Assembly: GCA_022821725.1 (NCBI GenBank)
Contig: JAJEDB010000018.1
Location: 30,467-94,466 of the forward strand
DNA length: 64,000 nt
Reading direction: 5' to 3'
Origin: Candidatus Poribacteria bacterium
GTDB taxonomy: Bacteria > Poribacteria > WGA-4E > WGA-3G
In this document: positions 50,675 through 61,298 of the stretch, in pieces
Layout: each line of letters starts with the position of its first letter
Position numbering within the stretch: position 1 is the first letter of the stretch
Program-made: the position numbers and the translations under genes
The notes under the pieces: model-generated
Seen by the model: the letters and a program-made list of their open reading frames with translations, nothing else
The model's database searches: none
Told to the model about the DNA's origin: nothing

Positions 50675-50795
50675 TAGGACTTACGCAGCTTGCTCATTTT
50701 CGTGTGATCTTTGGTTCGTAGTAGCGCAATTCATTGTGCATTCTTGGGTTCTGAACAATTAATTTCGTCGCAGGATACAAATTTGCGTAAGTCCT
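50675..50795. mobile_element. MITE-like element (TAGGACTTACGCA / TGCGTAAGTCCT)
   Basis: Termini read directly. It accounts for the spurious N-terminal extension of ORF 50711. Confidence 0.8.
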
Positions 50796-50833
50796 GTAAA
50801 TCTTCTATAAAATTATATCACAGATTACATACC

Positions 50834-51826
50834 ATGCTAACAATCGACAACCTTAACATTCCAGATTTCCCACTGTTGCTCGCACCAATGGAAGATGTGA
50901 GCGACCCGCCTTTTCGCGCCGTCTGCAAAGAGAACGGTGCCGATCTCATGTACACGGAATTCATCTCCTCCGAGGCACTCATCCGTGATGCCGCACCGAG
51001 TGTCGCAAAATTGGACATTTTTGAGGTGGAGAGACCCATCGGTATCCAAATTTTTGGGCATAACATCGACTCGATGCGCGCCTCTGTCGAAATTACTGAG
51101 AAGGTCCGACCCGACATCATTGACATCAACTATGGGTGTCCCGTTAAGAAGGTTACGTGTAAAGGTGCCGGTGCGGGTATCCTACAAGACATCCCCAAGA
51201 TGGTAAGAATGACTGCCGAGATGGTAAAAGCCACGGATCTGCCTGTAACCGTCAAAACGCGGCTCGGATGGGACGATAAGACGAAATATATCGTTGAAGT
51301 CGCAGAGAGGCTACAGGATGTCGGTATCCGAGCGATTGCCATTCACGGCAGGACCCGGCGACAGATGTATAAGGGGGATGCCGATTGGACACTCATCGGT
51401 AGAATCAAGGACAACCCGCGCATGACAATCCCGGTCTTCGGGAACGGGGATGTTGATAGTCCACAAAAAGCAGCACGAATGCGGCAACAATACGGGGTTG
51501 ACGGTATCATGATTGGGCGCGCCGCGATCGGATACCCATGGATTTTCAACGAGATCAAACACTATTTCAAAACCGGTGAATTGCTACCACCGCCTTCGAT
51601 AGACGAACGCATTTCCGTTTTTAGAAAGCATCTCGATTTCTCTATCAAATGGAAGGGCTTAAAACTCGGTATCCTTGAGATGCGTCGGCACTACAGCAAC
51701 TATTTTAGGGGCATCCCACACGTTAAGCCCTTTCGCTATCGTCTCGTCACATGCGATAGTTACGACGGTGTGTTAGACATCGTGGCGGAACTCCGCATGC
51801 ATGCGCTTATGTCAGGGGTTTCGTAA
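50834..51826 (+). CDS. dusB: tRNA-dihydrouridine synthase
   Basis: LLLAPMEDVSDPPFRAVC, IDINYGCPVKKV and AIAIHGRTRRQMYKGDADW. I start it at the internal ATG 50834. Confidence 0.9.
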   Translation: MLTIDNLNIPDFPLLLAPMEDVSDPPFRAVCKENGADLMYTEFISSEALIRDAAPSVAKLDIFEVERPIGIQIFGHNIDSMRASVEITEKVRPDIIDINYGCPVKKVTCKGAGAGILQDIPKMVRMTAEMVKATDLPVTVKTRLGWDDKTKYIVEVAERLQDVGIRAIAIHGRTRRQMYKGDADWTLIGRIKDNPRMTIPVFGNGDVDSPQKAARMRQQYGVDGIMIGRAAIGYPWIFNEIKHYFKTGELLPPPSIDERISVFRKHLDFSIKWKGLKLGILEMRRHYSNYFRGIPHVKPFRYRLVTCDSYDGVLDIVAELRMHALMSGVS

Positions 51827-51968
51827 TTAGCAGTCAGTGATCAGTAAGCATCGCCCAGTGCAGCTTGATTCTACAGAGGAACTGGGTATCTCTGAAAAAA
51901 CGCTTGACGCGTAAACCGGATAATATTATCATATAACACAACTATATCTCCGCAGTAAAGGACTCTGA

Positions 51969-52793
51969 ATGGACAAAATACCCTTTATGAAACTCAGCGG
52001 GGCAGGCAACGACTTCGTCATTATCAATAATTTGGCAGAAATCGTTGATAGCACCGATACAGATTTTGTGAAAAAACTTTGCCAACGCCGTATGTCAGTC
52101 GGAGCTGACGGTGTTCTCCTCGTCGAAAAGGCAGATGACGTTGATTTTCGCATGCGCTACTTCAATGCCGATGGTGGTGAAGTGGAAACGTGTGGGAACG
52201 GTGCCCGTTGTATCTCCAGATTCGCCTATCTCAACGGTATCGCGGCTGAACAGATGCGGTTTCTGACGAACGCCGGGATTTATGAATCCGAAATAGTCGG
52301 TCAGAACGTTAAAGTGCGTATGAGCGATCCTACGGACATACGACTCAATGTACCACTCCAATTGACGGATGGAATGCACACAGTCGGATTCGCAAATAGC
52401 GGCGTGCCTCACGTTGTTTTTTTCGTTGAAGACCTGGAAGGAACGGATGTCTTTGATTTAGGACAGCAGACGCGGTATCACAACGATTTCAAACCCGCTG
52501 GCACAAACGCCAATTTTATCCGTATTCAGTCGCCAGGGCTGATTGATATCCGGACGTATGAGCGGGGTGTCGAAGATGAGACGCTCGCGTGTGGCACGGG
52601 GTCGATCGCTTCTGCTATTGTTGCTGCAACGTTAGGAAAGGTCGTATCTCCGGTTGCTGTCAAAACGGCGAGTGGCGTGGAATTGAAGATTCATTTCGAT
52701 GTCGAGAACGGCGAAGCTCAAAACGTTTATCTTGAAGGCGATGCTCGCGTTATCTACGTCGGTGAGCTCACAACAGACGCATGGAATTATTAA
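51969..52793 (+). CDS. dapF: Diaminopimelate epimerase
   Basis: FMKLSGAGNDFVII, ETCGNGARC and ETLACGTGS (two catalytic Cys). Confidence 0.95.
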   Translation: MDKIPFMKLSGAGNDFVIINNLAEIVDSTDTDFVKKLCQRRMSVGADGVLLVEKADDVDFRMRYFNADGGEVETCGNGARCISRFAYLNGIAAEQMRFLTNAGIYESEIVGQNVKVRMSDPTDIRLNVPLQLTDGMHTVGFANSGVPHVVFFVEDLEGTDVFDLGQQTRYHNDFKPAGTNANFIRIQSPGLIDIRTYERGVEDETLACGTGSIASAIVAATLGKVVSPVAVKTASGVELKIHFDVENGEAQNVYLEGDARVIYVGELTTDAWNY

Positions 52794-52958
52794 AAGTAGC
52801 AGGCCACGCGGCGCAGTAAATGTAGGTTGGGTTGAGCGGTAAAATACCAAGTACCCTCAAATGATAAAGAGCATGTCGGTACTTCACGTCCGAAGGATAT
52901 AAGGAAATATAGCAAAACCCAACGATCCGAACTGATAACTCACAAAAGGAGGGTTTAC

Positions 52959-53834
52959 ATGTTTCAAGGCTCTTATGTTGCACTCGTCACACCCTTTAAG
53001 GACGATGAATCGCTTGACGAAGCGAAACTCAAGGAACTGATTCAATTTCAGCTTGACGGCGGAACACACGGCATCGTCCCGTGTGGCACAACAGGTGAAT
53101 CCCCCGCGCTGTCTGAGACTGAACATGACAGGGTCATAGAACTCACTGTCGAAACTGTAAATGGACAGGTGCCAATTATCGCGGGTACCGGGTCCAACTC
53201 GACAACACGCACGTTGCGGGCAACAGAGCACGCCAAAGCCGCCGGTGCGGATGCTGCTCTGATTGTTACCCCTTATTACAACAAGCCGACCCAAGAAGGG
53301 TTGTATGCCCACTATATGAAGATCGCTGACACAGTGGACATCCCGATCGTCATCTACAACGTTCCAGGACGTTGCGGGACCGACATCCTTTCCCCCACGA
53401 TTGCCCGACTTGCCGAACATCCGAACATCATCGCACTCAAGGAAGCCACCGGCGAACTCAAGCGCGCCAGTGAAGTCGTCGACTTATGTCCCGATGATTT
53501 CGTCGTGCTTTCGGGTGACGATGTGAACACATTGCCGATTATGGCTGTCGGGGGTAAAGGCGTGATTTCAGTTGTGGCGAACGTTGCTCCCGCAGATGTC
53601 GCGGAGATGTGCAACGCTTTCCACGCCGGGAATCTTGAACTCGCTCGTAAACTCCACTACAAAACGTTGTCACTGGCGGTGGATCTCTTTATTGAAACAA
53701 ACCCGATTCCTGCGAAAACTGCCCTCCAACTGATGGGGAAACTCAACGGGAAATTGCGCTTGCCCCTCGCACCGATGGAGCCCGCGAACCTTGAATCCTT
53801 ACGCAAAACGGTTTCGGAAGCGGGGTTGATTTAA
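52959..53834 (+). CDS. dapA: 4-hydroxy-tetrahydrodipicolinate synthase
   Basis: ALVTPF, VPCGTTGESPALS, YYNKPTQEGLY, IVIYNVPGR and ALKEA. Confidence 0.95.
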   Translation: MFQGSYVALVTPFKDDESLDEAKLKELIQFQLDGGTHGIVPCGTTGESPALSETEHDRVIELTVETVNGQVPIIAGTGSNSTTRTLRATEHAKAAGADAALIVTPYYNKPTQEGLYAHYMKIADTVDIPIVIYNVPGRCGTDILSPTIARLAEHPNIIALKEATGELKRASEVVDLCPDDFVVLSGDDVNTLPIMAVGGKGVISVVANVAPADVAEMCNAFHAGNLELARKLHYKTLSLAVDLFIETNPIPAKTALQLMGKLNGKLRLPLAPMEPANLESLRKTVSEAGLI

Positions 53835-53974
53835 ATGACCTGATTTTGGGCAATTGTTCGTTCGGGCTGCCATGCCTGAACGAATAATCCCACATGATTG
53901 CTTCCGGAGGTTAGAGAAATAAAAACAATTCTTGTTTTTTCGCTGGGTGATATATTGTAAGAGGTATCACAATC

Positions 53975-54580
53975 ATGAGTTACAGTAATTTCACCTTAGA
54001 ATCAGCGTTAGAGGCGTTTCAACTGGAAAAGGTTGAATCCGCAGGCACCTTTTCTGAAATAGACCCGATTGCTCCAAGTGCCTATCTCTCAATGGGGTTA
54101 ACGAAAAAGATCCCGTTAGCCGCCGCCATCGGCACTGAGAAGGCGCGCTCCGAACTCATTGTGGCTGACGTACTGGTTGAACTCCGAGAAAAGTTCAACG
54201 ACCGCATCAGCTTCTTCTCAGGGATTGACTTCAGCGTTGATGTTGACAGTGGATTAGTAGGCATCTGCGATTTTTTAGTGAGCCTGTCCCCAGGCCAGCT
54301 TTTGTTAGAGGCACCGCTCATCATCCTTGTTGAGACAAAGAAAGATGACCCAAAACTCGGACTCGGACAGTGTATTGCCGAGATGCTCGCTGCCCAACGC
54401 TTCAATGCCGAAAAAGGCAATGACATTCCTGCTGTCTACGGTGCCACGACTACAGGGACAGAGTGGCAGTTCCTCAAATTGACAGGAAAGAATCTACAGA
54501 TTGATATGGAAATCTATTCGATTCAGCAGTGTGAGAAAATTCTCGGTATCCTTTCCAGTATGGTCAACCAAGAGGCGTGA
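53975..54580 (+). CDS. Hypothetical protein, possible PD-(D/E)XK nuclease fold
   Basis: GICDFLVS...LIILVETKKDD fits a D...E-x-K pattern. I recognise nothing else. Confidence 0.4.
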   Translation: MSYSNFTLESALEAFQLEKVESAGTFSEIDPIAPSAYLSMGLTKKIPLAAAIGTEKARSELIVADVLVELREKFNDRISFFSGIDFSVDVDSGLVGICDFLVSLSPGQLLLEAPLIILVETKKDDPKLGLGQCIAEMLAAQRFNAEKGNDIPAVYGATTTGTEWQFLKLTGKNLQIDMEIYSIQQCEKILGILSSMVNQEA

Positions 54581-54592
54581 AAAGGTTGCTGT

Positions 54593-55912
54593 TTACCGCT
54601 GATACGCTGTTGGCAATAACCGATGCACAGTATCAATCACCAGCTGCTCAACGCCCGGGGCAAATCGAGTAGGGGGACCGAAATAGAGCATCGCGCCGCC
54701 ACCCTCATAGCCGCCCTCGGCTAATACCCGCTCCGACGGAATATAGCACGGAAACGCGTTCGAGTATGCACCCACCCACAGCCGTTCGGCATCTAACTCG
54801 CTTTTCAAACGGAGTGAATAATCAACAACTACCTCACTTGCAAGGAACACGATCGCAAGTTCATCGCCGAATTTCCACGCCTGGACGGGATAGGAAAGCT
54901 CCGTCTCTAACGGTAATCCTTCCTGTAAGCGTTCGAGGTGCTTTTGCGCGTGATAGGCATCGGATCCACCTGCTGCTACCCGTGCCTCCCACTCTTCACG
55001 GGTCGGTAGCGTGTCAAAGGGCAGATTAACCATCTCAAACGCACCCGTAGGAACATTGATGAGTGGCTTAGCCTTTCCTTTCAGGAGACGTTGTACCTCC
55101 TCAGAGAGTGCCTCTCCGTGCGCTTTCGCATACGCGAGACGGGTGCTGAAGACCTCTTCTTGTCCATCCGGCATCGGCATCATCCGTGATTCGGGGTTCG
55201 CATCGGCACCACATCCGATGGAAATTAAAGCGGTGACACCGGGTAGGGCTTCTTGGAGGGCATCTTGTGCAAATCCTGCCCAGTCTCCACAAATGTGATT
55301 ATCGGTGCCCGCCAACGTCGTGGTATGGCAGGCGTAACTTGCCCAGATGGCGCGGAGTGTACCGTCCTTACGTGTGATTTGCATACACGGTAGGGAATGG
55401 TCTACCGGTCCACCTTCAGTGCGCCGATTTTTAGCGAAACCGAGTTCTCCGATGCTCCAACTCAGACGTGATGGCTCGCGATTTGCGAGTGCCTCCAAGG
55501 CAACGGCTTCCATCCAGTCCTTAAATTGAGCGGTGTATCGGTCTATCGTCTCCTGATGTGCAGGCGGTATATCCGAACTAAACAGGAAAGGTGCGGCGTT
55601 TGTCAGGCAAGGCGCACTGTGTGTATGCGTAAAGCATACCACGAAATGGGAACGTGGGATTCCCGTTTTCTCCTGAATTCGGTCGGACACTTCCTCGGTT
55701 AGCGCATCCGGTAACCCGCAGTTTTCGACCATTACTAAGATGACGGGTTCATCTGCGTCACTGCCGATAGCGAGTGCCTTTGCCCATATTCGCTGGATGA
55801 TACCGTCGGATTCCGTGCGACGACTCCCGTAACCGCTCAGTCGGATCGGATAATCTGGTGTGATATCTACTTCAGCAACACCAACCTGAATGACGTTGTC
55901 TCTATCTGCCAT
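54593..55912 (-). CDS. Neutral/alkaline ceramidase N-terminal-domain-like hydrolase
   Basis: VGVAEVDITPDYPIRLSGYGSRR..GI..IWAKALAIG, and CFTHTHSAP. Confidence 0.65.
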   Translation of the reverse strand: MADRDNVIQVGVAEVDITPDYPIRLSGYGSRRTESDGIIQRIWAKALAIGSDADEPVILVMVENCGLPDALTEEVSDRIQEKTGIPRSHFVVCFTHTHSAPCLTNAAPFLFSSDIPPAHQETIDRYTAQFKDWMEAVALEALANREPSRLSWSIGELGFAKNRRTEGGPVDHSLPCMQITRKDGTLRAIWASYACHTTTLAGTDNHICGDWAGFAQDALQEALPGVTALISIGCGADANPESRMMPMPDGQEEVFSTRLAYAKAHGEALSEEVQRLLKGKAKPLINVPTGAFEMVNLPFDTLPTREEWEARVAAGGSDAYHAQKHLERLQEGLPLETELSYPVQAWKFGDELAIVFLASEVVVDYSLRLKSELDAERLWVGAYSNAFPCYIPSERVLAEGGYEGGGAMLYFGPPTRFAPGVEQLVIDTVHRLLPTAYQR

Positions 55913-55931
55913 GTGAGGTTACCTCCCTGCG

Positions 55932-57095
55932 TTAGAAGCGTAGCGTGAATGCAAATAGGTGCTTATATGATTCGTATGTGAAATTTTTGAGCATCACGGT
56001 GTATTCCAAATACGTGGTTCCAAGTCTGAGTCCAACACCGAATGAGAAATGCAGCGTTGCATCTGTCCGTCCTGCCCCGAGTCGGAGTGCCACCGTTTTT
56101 GGTACCCTTCCAGTCCATGTTTTCTGAAATTCGCTGCCAACCGCGAAGCTTATTCCTTTTTGCCCAGAATCCCGCCACAGGTCCCCTGCGACTGTAAGCC
56201 ATTCCAGCGGCTCATACGCAGCACCCATACCGACTCGGAAAGGGTGCGGTTCTACCAAGTCTGCTCTCAGGAGATTTTCAAAAAGGATACCTACCAACAG
56301 CGGCGGGTGCGTCTGCTTTTGGGTAAACCATATTGGACGTTGAAACCCGATGTCCAGTTCTAATCGGTTGACTGTTCTCTCAAGTGTTGATTGGTGATTA
56401 TGGACGATGTCTCGGACTCTGTCCCCGAATTGCAGCTCTTCGACGATTGCCTCAATCAATTCTTCAGGCATATCTACATCTACTTCAGGTCCGTGGCGTG
56501 CTTCCAAATTTAAAGTCGAGATCGTCATTCCTCGGTTTACAACCTGCTTTAGCAGTCTAAGGCGCAGGCCCATTGCTGATTTTCCGAGTTCACGGCTGAT
56601 CCCTATTGTCCAACTTCTTTCTTGAAGTAGGTCGTAGCGTGTGAACAGATCCGTTGTAGCGGAAAATTGCCGTAAGTTTCGACGATATTCGGCATGCGTG
56701 CTTTCAAGTGTGAAGTCCACAAAATTTGTAAATCTTGCAGCATACCCAGCACTCGCCCCCCATTTACCAAATGCGTGTGAATAGTAGAACGCTGGCGAAA
56801 TGTCAATATTGGCTTCAGCCGCAAATTGCACAGTTCCGGGTTTCGGGAGTTCTGCCCAATGGATATTTTCAGCCGTAGCACCCAACGCGAGGTTGTGGTG
56901 TTTTACACCCACGAGCGATGCTGGATTCCCAAATATGCCTGCATCTTCCGCAGACGTTGCAATACGGGCACCGCCCATTCCAGCAATACGGAGCATCTCA
57001 TTTGCTGTGCTCACAGAAGGTATGACGGCAGTTAAGATGCCGAGTGTTAAGATAGCCGTGAAATGTCGGACGTTAAAACACCTCAATAACACCAT
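55932..57095 (-). CDS. Putative outer-membrane beta-barrel protein
   Basis: Signal peptide, alternating amphipathic strands, and a C-terminal aromatic residue (..FAFTLRF). Confidence 0.5.
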   Translation of the reverse strand: MVLLRCFNVRHFTAILTLGILTAVIPSVSTANEMLRIAGMGGARIATSAEDAGIFGNPASLVGVKHHNLALGATAENIHWAELPKPGTVQFAAEANIDISPAFYYSHAFGKWGASAGYAARFTNFVDFTLESTHAEYRRNLRQFSATTDLFTRYDLLQERSWTIGISRELGKSAMGLRLRLLKQVVNRGMTISTLNLEARHGPEVDVDMPEELIEAIVEELQFGDRVRDIVHNHQSTLERTVNRLELDIGFQRPIWFTQKQTHPPLLVGILFENLLRADLVEPHPFRVGMGAAYEPLEWLTVAGDLWRDSGQKGISFAVGSEFQKTWTGRVPKTVALRLGAGRTDATLHFSFGVGLRLGTTYLEYTVMLKNFTYESYKHLFAFTLRF

Positions 57096-57148
57096 ATCGC
57101 TGTCCGCTAAAAGATATCTGCAAGGAGAACGTCCACAGCAGCTCAGAT

Positions 57149-58084
57149 TTAATCGTTAGAAAATTGTGAATCCACACTCATCACCTCGGCGAAAATATCC
57201 TCTAACGTATGTTTCACCCCACGAAGCTGACGAAGCTGGACCCCTGTATCGTAAGCGAGTTTGAAAAAGAATGTCGTCTCCGTTTGTTCCTGATGTGTGG
57301 ACGTAACACGCAAGCGTTTATCGGGGTGCAGTTCGACCTGAAAGTTATGACGTTCCAAAGCGGTGATGTAAGCCTCACTATCACCGACAATCTTCAGATC
57401 GAAAGATTGTCCTTTGTTCTCTTTGAGTGTTTCTATCTGTCCTTGGATAGCAACACTCCCGTGTGATAAGGCAATGATTTCTTCACATGCGAACTCCACA
57501 TCGGGGAGCAGATGTGAAGACAGGATAACATTGATGTTCTTATCGGTTGCGATGTCTTTAACGAGTTCGAGCATCTCTTCTCTACCGCTGGTATCCATCC
57601 CATTTGTGGGTTCATCAAGCAGCAAGAGTGTTGGATCGTGGACGAGTGCTTGTGCTAACTTCACACGTTGTTTCATACCTGCGGAGTATCCGTCCACAGT
57701 GCGATACCGTTCTTCATCTAAACCCACGTAATAGAGCACTTCGTGCGCCCGTTGCAGGGCATCGCGTCTCGGCATGCCACAGAGTTCTCCTGCATAAGAG
57801 ACGAATTGGACAGCGGTCATACCCGGTATTAAACACTCGTCTTCCGGCATATACCCAACCTGTTTCCGAATTTCCAATGGATTCGTCTGCGCATCCAGTC
57901 CGAATACAGTCGCTGCACCTTCGTTCGGTTTAAGGAAACCGAGGAGCGTCTTAATCAGTGTGCTTTTTCCCGCCCCATTCGGTCCGAGTAAACCGACAGC
58001 ACCACCTTCTACCTGCAGTGAAAGGTTGTCTAATGCGGTTGTCGTGCCAAATAAGAGTGAAACATTCTTTACTTCAATCAACAT
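57149..58084 (-). CDS. ABC transporter ATP-binding protein (ABC-2/DrrA-like)
   Basis: GPNGAGKSTLIKTL, YSAGMKQRVKLAQAL and LLLLDEPTNGMD. Confidence 0.9.
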   Translation of the reverse strand: MLIEVKNVSLLFGTTTALDNLSLQVEGGAVGLLGPNGAGKSTLIKTLLGFLKPNEGAATVFGLDAQTNPLEIRKQVGYMPEDECLIPGMTAVQFVSYAGELCGMPRRDALQRAHEVLYYVGLDEERYRTVDGYSAGMKQRVKLAQALVHDPTLLLLDEPTNGMDTSGREEMLELVKDIATDKNINVILSSHLLPDVEFACEEIIALSHGSVAIQGQIETLKENKGQSFDLKIVGDSEAYITALERHNFQVELHPDKRLRVTSTHQEQTETTFFFKLAYDTGVQLRQLRGVKHTLEDIFAEVMSVDSQFSND

Positions 58085-58127
58085 TCTTTAAATTATTGTG
58101 CCTCCACCCAGCTTGACCTTGTCCCAG

Positions 58128-58156
58128 GCCCGGTAGGTGCGGTTTCTAACCGCACC
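58128..58156. repeat. REP-like palindrome GGTGCGGTT-loop-AACCGCACC
   Basis: CCCGGTAGGTGCGGTTTCTAACCGCACCGG. Confidence 0.85.
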
Positions 58157-58200
58157 GGATATGGTTAGAATTACTCAATATTTTATTACTTCATTGAGAT

Positions 58201-59307
58201 TTAAGATTCGTTGTTAGAAGCAACAGAACGAAAGGTTCTTTTTACACGGGGACCTATCTGCGTTAAGATTTCATAGGAAATTGTTCCAGCACGCTGGGCA
58301 ACTTCATCGACCGTAATTTCGGCGTTTCCCTGCTTCCCGATCAACACGACTTCATCACCAATAGATACCGTGTCCGAAGGCTCCAACCGCACCACACTCA
58401 CGTCCATGCAAACCCTCCCGATAATCGGACGACGCCTCCCACCAATTAACACCTCGCCGATACCAGACAGTGAGCGCGGATAGCCGTCACCGTAACCTAT
58501 CTGCACCATCGCCACGCGAGTCGGATAAGGTGCTGTATACGTCAATCCGTAGCTGACACCCGCCCCCTCTGAAAGAAAACCCATCCAACCGATACATGCC
58601 TTCCATGTAAGTGCCGGTTTTAATCGGATAGGTTTCTCAGGTGTCGGATAGACCCCATATAGACTCAAACCGGGGCGGACGGCATCGAAATGGGATTCAG
58701 GCACTGCCAGCGTTGCTGCGCTGTTTGCTACATGAACCATTTTATCACTATTGTCCGAAAGTAGAGATGAAAACCGCTTTAACTGCACAGAAACAAAACT
58801 TGTATCTACCGCATCCGCGGTGGCAAGGTGTGTAAAAAGCCCTTCAACTTCAAGTCGCGACAGCGTCTGCAATCTATCCAGAAACTGCCCTGCTTCTGTC
58901 CAACACACACCACTCCGATTCATTCCAGTATTGATATTGACGTGAACCTTCGTAGGCGAGGTCTCTGAGGCAATTTCATTCAATGCTGTCGCGAATTCCC
59001 AATTCCCTATTGTAGGTGTCAAACTGAATTCAACGATGTGTTCAGCCTGTGCAGGTAAACAACTAAAGAGGGTAAGAATCGGTGTGCGTATATCCGCTTG
59101 ACGCAGTTCAATGCCCTCTTCGACCGTTGCGACCGCGAACATATCAGCAATGGGACGCAGTATTTCTGCGACACGCACGGCGCCATGACCATAAGCATCC
59201 GCTTTCACAACCGCAATCAACTGTTTACCTGTGTGTCTCTTGATTGCTTCCGCGTTATGTTTGATTGCCAGCAGATCAATTTCTGTGTGTGTTCGGAGAT
59301 ACGGCAT
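58201..59307 (-). CDS. alr: Alanine racemase
   Basis: IAVVKADAYGHGAV (PLP Lys) and RVCMD. Confidence 0.95.
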   Translation of the reverse strand: MPYLRTHTEIDLLAIKHNAEAIKRHTGKQLIAVVKADAYGHGAVRVAEILRPIADMFAVATVEEGIELRQADIRTPILTLFSCLPAQAEHIVEFSLTPTIGNWEFATALNEIASETSPTKVHVNINTGMNRSGVCWTEAGQFLDRLQTLSRLEVEGLFTHLATADAVDTSFVSVQLKRFSSLLSDNSDKMVHVANSAATLAVPESHFDAVRPGLSLYGVYPTPEKPIRLKPALTWKACIGWMGFLSEGAGVSYGLTYTAPYPTRVAMVQIGYGDGYPRSLSGIGEVLIGGRRRPIIGRVCMDVSVVRLEPSDTVSIGDEVVLIGKQGNAEITVDEVAQRAGTISYEILTQIGPRVKRTFRSVASNNES

Positions 59308-59409
59308 CTTGTTTTTTACCTTACTGCGTCAGCAAAAGAATTATACCGCAGCTTATACAAATTTGCGAGGAATTTCAAATTTTCGTCAAAGGTATTCAAC
59401 TGAAAACCG

Positions 59410-59495
59410 AGCCTGAAACGAAGTGGAAGGCGACTCGGTATCAACACTTTCAAGGCTCAAATCCATGCCACTTACCCGCAAGGAATAATTAAAAA
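59410..59495 (+). repeat. Leader-like repeat ending CCGCAAGGAATAATTAAAAA (copy L4), no downstream plus-strand gene
   Basis: AGCCTGAAACGAAGTGGAAGG...CTTACCCGCAAGGAATAATTAAAAATC. Its AATTAA end contains the TAA stop of potC on the opposite strand. Confidence 0.7.
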
Positions 59496-60274
59496 TCTTG
59501 TTTTTGGGAGGAGGTAGCACCCCCTTGGAACCACAGGAATAATAAAATAAATACAATGGAGTTTGCCAACAGCATCGTTGAGATAGCGTTAATTTTAGGG
59601 GTAATCCCGAATTTCAGCAGCGAATAGATATGCACGGAAAGCGTCGTATAACCCACACCAGCCGTAAAGAACGTGATAACGAAGTCATCAATAGAGAGCG
59701 TGAAGGCGAGCAGCGCGCCACCGATAATTCCGGGAGCGATCAGCGGGAGTGTTATCCGCCAAAAGGTCTGCCATTCGTTCGCACCGAGGTCGCGGGCGGC
59801 TTCTTCTAAGGTGTTATCGTAACCTTGCAAGCGCGCCCGCACGACAATCGTAACATAAGCGATATTGAAAACACCGTGCGCGATGATGACGGTCATTAAG
59901 CCGAGTGGAATCCTAACTTGCACGTAAAACGTCAACAACGCAATCGCCAACACGATGTCAGGGATAATAATCGGGAGATAGAGCACTCGGACAAGAGCGG
60001 TTCGGAAACGGAAGCGGTGCCGTTCTATAGCGAGTGCTGCCGCCGTCCCGATAACCGTAGCGATCACAGTCGCAACACCTGCCACCATCAAACTATTGCG
60101 ACACGCCCGCCACAACGCCGCATCTTCAAACAGTCTTGCATACCAGCCGAACGTAAAGCCTTCCCAAACGGAGATCTGCTCGCCACTGTTAAATGAGAAC
60201 ACCACAACCGCGAAGATCGGCGTATATAAAAAGAGGTAAACCAACCCAATATTGGCTTCCAGAGCACGTTTCAT
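59489..60274 (-). CDS. potC: Spermidine/putrescine ABC transporter permease PotC
   Basis: LVYLFLYTPIFAVVVFSFNS...W.GFTFGWY, with the EAA loop LEEAARDLGANEWQTFWRITLPL. Confidence 0.85.
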   Translation of the reverse strand: MKRALEANIGLVYLFLYTPIFAVVVFSFNSGEQISVWEGFTFGWYARLFEDAALWRACRNSLMVAGVATVIATVIGTAAALAIERHRFRFRTALVRVLYLPIIIPDIVLAIALLTFYVQVRIPLGLMTVIIAHGVFNIAYVTIVVRARLQGYDNTLEEAARDLGANEWQTFWRITLPLIAPGIIGGALLAFTLSIDDFVITFFTAGVGYTTLSVHIYSLLKFGITPKINAISTMLLANSIVFILLFLWFQGGATSSQKQDF

Positions 60275-60360
60275 TTTTTAATTCTACCCTAACGGGAAGT
60301 TATCAGTTTGACCTGTGGCTATTCAGTTTTCCGTTTTTTTACCCGTTTTTGACCGCTTAA

Positions 60361-60392
60361 CCCGGTAAGTGCGGTTTCCCAACCGCACCGGG
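60361..60392. repeat. REP-like palindrome (variant) between potB and potC
   Basis: CCCGGTAAGTGCGGTTTCCCAACCGCACCGGG. Confidence 0.8.
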
Positions 60393-60438
60393 ACCTCCAA
60401 AAAAGGCGTGAAATCCGATAATTTCAAACTGAATGCCC

Positions 60439-61284
60439 CTAAGGTTGTCCTTCATTCTCTTGTAAAGCGCGGAAATATAACACAGTCCCAACCAAAACGA
60501 TGCCCATCAGCATGAATGAGAGTGCCGATCCAAAGGGCCAATCTCGCGCTGTTTTGAATTGCCGATCAATGACGTTCCCGATATAACTCACTTTTCCACC
60601 ACCGAGGAGGTCTGGTGTTAGAAACGCACCCACCGTCGGAATAAAGACTAACATTGAACCCGCAAGGATACCGGGCAAACTCAGCGGCACAGTTATATGC
60701 CAGAACGCCCGGCGTGGCGGTGCGCCTAAGTCTTGTGCGGCTTCTAACAGTGACACATCTAATTGCTCCAAAGCAGCATAGAGTGGAAGTATCATGAACG
60801 GTAGGTATCCGTAGACAAGCCCTATTTGGACGGCAAGTGGCGTGTTCAGCAGTTCTAACGGACCCCAATTCGGGAGGACGGCTCCCAAAAGGTTGTTCAG
60901 GAGTCCTTCTGTTCGCAGTATCAGAATCCACGCGTAGGTCCGAATGAGGAAGTTCGTCCAAAACGGGACAACCACGAGCAGTAACAAGACGTTTCGATGT
61001 TTCGGTTTATAGCGGGCGAGATAGTAAGCGAAGGGATAACCGAGGAGTAGACAGACTGCAGTGCAGACCGATGCTGTCGATACTGAACGCCAGAGGATAC
61101 CGAGATAGAGACCATCGAACAGACGTTGGTAGTTTTCCCATGTGAAGTGCCACCGCACCCCGCCGTATGTGCCCCGCTCTATGAAACTATAAATAAATAC
61201 CGATACAAGTGGAAGCAAGAAGAAACAGACAAGCCAAAATACAACGGGAAAAAGAAGGATAAAGAGGTGATAGTTACGCCGCAT
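60439..61284 (-). CDS. potB: Spermidine/putrescine ABC transporter permease PotB
   Basis: LLFPVVFWLVCFFLLPL, with the EAA loop LLEAAQDLGAPPRRAFWHITVPL. Confidence 0.85.
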   Translation of the reverse strand: MRRNYHLFILLFPVVFWLVCFFLLPLVSVFIYSFIERGTYGGVRWHFTWENYQRLFDGLYLGILWRSVSTASVCTAVCLLLGYPFAYYLARYKPKHRNVLLLLVVVPFWTNFLIRTYAWILILRTEGLLNNLLGAVLPNWGPLELLNTPLAVQIGLVYGYLPFMILPLYAALEQLDVSLLEAAQDLGAPPRRAFWHITVPLSLPGILAGSMLVFIPTVGAFLTPDLLGGGKVSYIGNVIDRQFKTARDWPFGSALSFMLMGIVLVGTVLYFRALQENEGQP

Positions 61285-61298
61285 ATTCGTTATCGGTC

